Below, piece by piece: positions 62,541-64,000 of a stretch of DNA of 64,000 nt. This DNA comes from Hemiscyllium ocellatum (taxonomy: Eukaryota): contig NC_083409.1 in the NCBI RefSeq assembly GCF_020745735.1, positions 42,118,048-42,182,047 of the forward strand, given 5' to 3'. A program made the translations under genes and the position numbers. The notes beneath the pieces are model-generated. The model saw only the letters and a program-made list of their open reading frames with translations. It had not been told where the DNA came from and did not search any database. Each line of letters begins with the position of its first letter. Position 1 is the stretch's first letter.

Positions 62541-64000
62541 TCCAATTTTGTATAAAATAATTTGGAAGGAAGAGATTTAGGCCACGGAGGTTTATGAGAA
62601 TGATACCAAAGATGGTCAAATTCAGTTAGACAGAGAGGCTGTAGAGGCTTGGGTTGTTTGACTTAAAGCAGAGAAGATAAAAAGATGATTCGATCAGAGT
62701 GTAAGGGCAATGATGCTGCAGACAACGATTAAGTCACCTGGGTCCAAGCTCCCTACTCTAACACATGACAATATGTGGGTGAAAGGAAGCAGATCTACTA
62801 GGGATGAGGGCACTGTCAGACAGGAAGGCAGAATGTTATGGAGCCTACAAGTGCATTCCCATGAAAATAATGAAAATCCACCATCAAAATTGCCAGGTTG
62901 CTCAACTGATTCTCGATGATCACTGTCTGAACATCAGAAATGGGCAACTTTTCACTATCCACCAGTTTGAAAACAATTGTGGTGCTGGGGAGATAGGGAG
63001 ACTTTTCATTTTAGTCAGGCAACTGCTATGACTTGTAATGCATTGTCTAGAGGGAGATTCAATCGTAACGTGCCAAAAGGGGATTGGAAAGGGCTCAGTT
63101 GCTGAGCTACAAAGAAAATCCAGGCAATTTGGAACAATTAGATAGCACTTTCAAAGGACTGGCAGAGAGACAATGAGCTTAATCGCCTCCTTCTGTGCGA
63201 TACGGTTCTATGATTTTCCAGGTTCTGTGTGGGGAAGTCTGATGTGTTGTACATTTCACACCAGTAAAAGTCACAACTGGTCAGAAAATGCACTTCGTAA
63301 TATAACCAATTGTGTATTTTGTGAAGTTTGAGCCAGTCATCATTCTTGTGAGCTTTGAAAAGACTGGTTGCGTGATACACTGCTCTCAATTGATTTTGAA
63401 ACTGTTGGCCAGGGTTGGCAGTAGGAAAGGAGATGGGAGGTTGGCTGAGTCAATTTTTTCAACCATCCTTCCTGATCCTTCAGATAAGATGTAGTGGGAT
63501 ATAAAAGCACGGAAGAAATGCATTTAAATTAAACGCTACACATAAATCCAGAGGCACTGACCTCAGTTTCATGCTGCTGAATAAAATCAATTTTTATACC
63601 ATGGTGCTGTGGTCTCTGCTTAGTTTTATTACTGCTGCAAACAACACATGCCCTAACAATGAAAGAAACTGAATTTGTTTCCTCAATGCTGCATTATATT
63701 GCATTAAAATGCAATTACGTGAAACATTACTTAAATGCTACATTTTAAAAAAATTATTGTTACAAGGAGCACATTGTAATTGGTGCACTGAACAGAATTT
63801 TACTTGCTACAAGCTTGCAGCTTCCAACGTCAGGGAGAAGCTTTTGCCAATGATGTAGACGCAGATTCCCCTAATTAATCGACAAGTAAATAGACTCACC
63901 ATTAAATATCTCTGGTGTTTGAAGCATGCATCCTGTGATAGTACCTAGAAATCATCCACAATCATTGAGTCACTCCTCCCCACCCCCATGCTTCTAATCT

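Overview
Eukaryotic, repeat-dense DNA that looks intronic or intergenic. The repeat content (HE1-type V-SINEs, HER1/CR1 LINEs, shark-type Penelope tails) points to a cartilaginous fish, most likely a shark (inference). I cannot recognise any host protein-coding gene. Almost all ORFs in the track are retroelement debris, low-complexity artefacts or chance; only a few weak minus-strand exon candidates remain. Identifiable content: many CR1 fragments (one young copy with a nearly intact RT at 44240-45606), three copies of a second CR1/L2-group LINE, a Tx1/L1-clade 3' fragment with a 19-bp TSD, two decayed Gypsy pol regions, five HE1-like SINEs, a second tRNA-derived SINE family, three pogo/Tigger-like MITEs, Harbinger-like Myb/SANT remnants, a 2.6-kb GT/GA low-complexity tract and a 7 x 54-bp minisatellite. 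The most interesting signal is about a dozen Penelope-derived short elements from at least four families. They carry minimal hammerhead-ribozyme cores (CUGANGA-stem II-GAAA-CG/GC-UH), and three of these cores look intact. Many are inserted as TSD-flanked fold-back (inverted) units. All family assignments come from motif recognition by eye, not from database searches, and boundaries of old elements are approximate.
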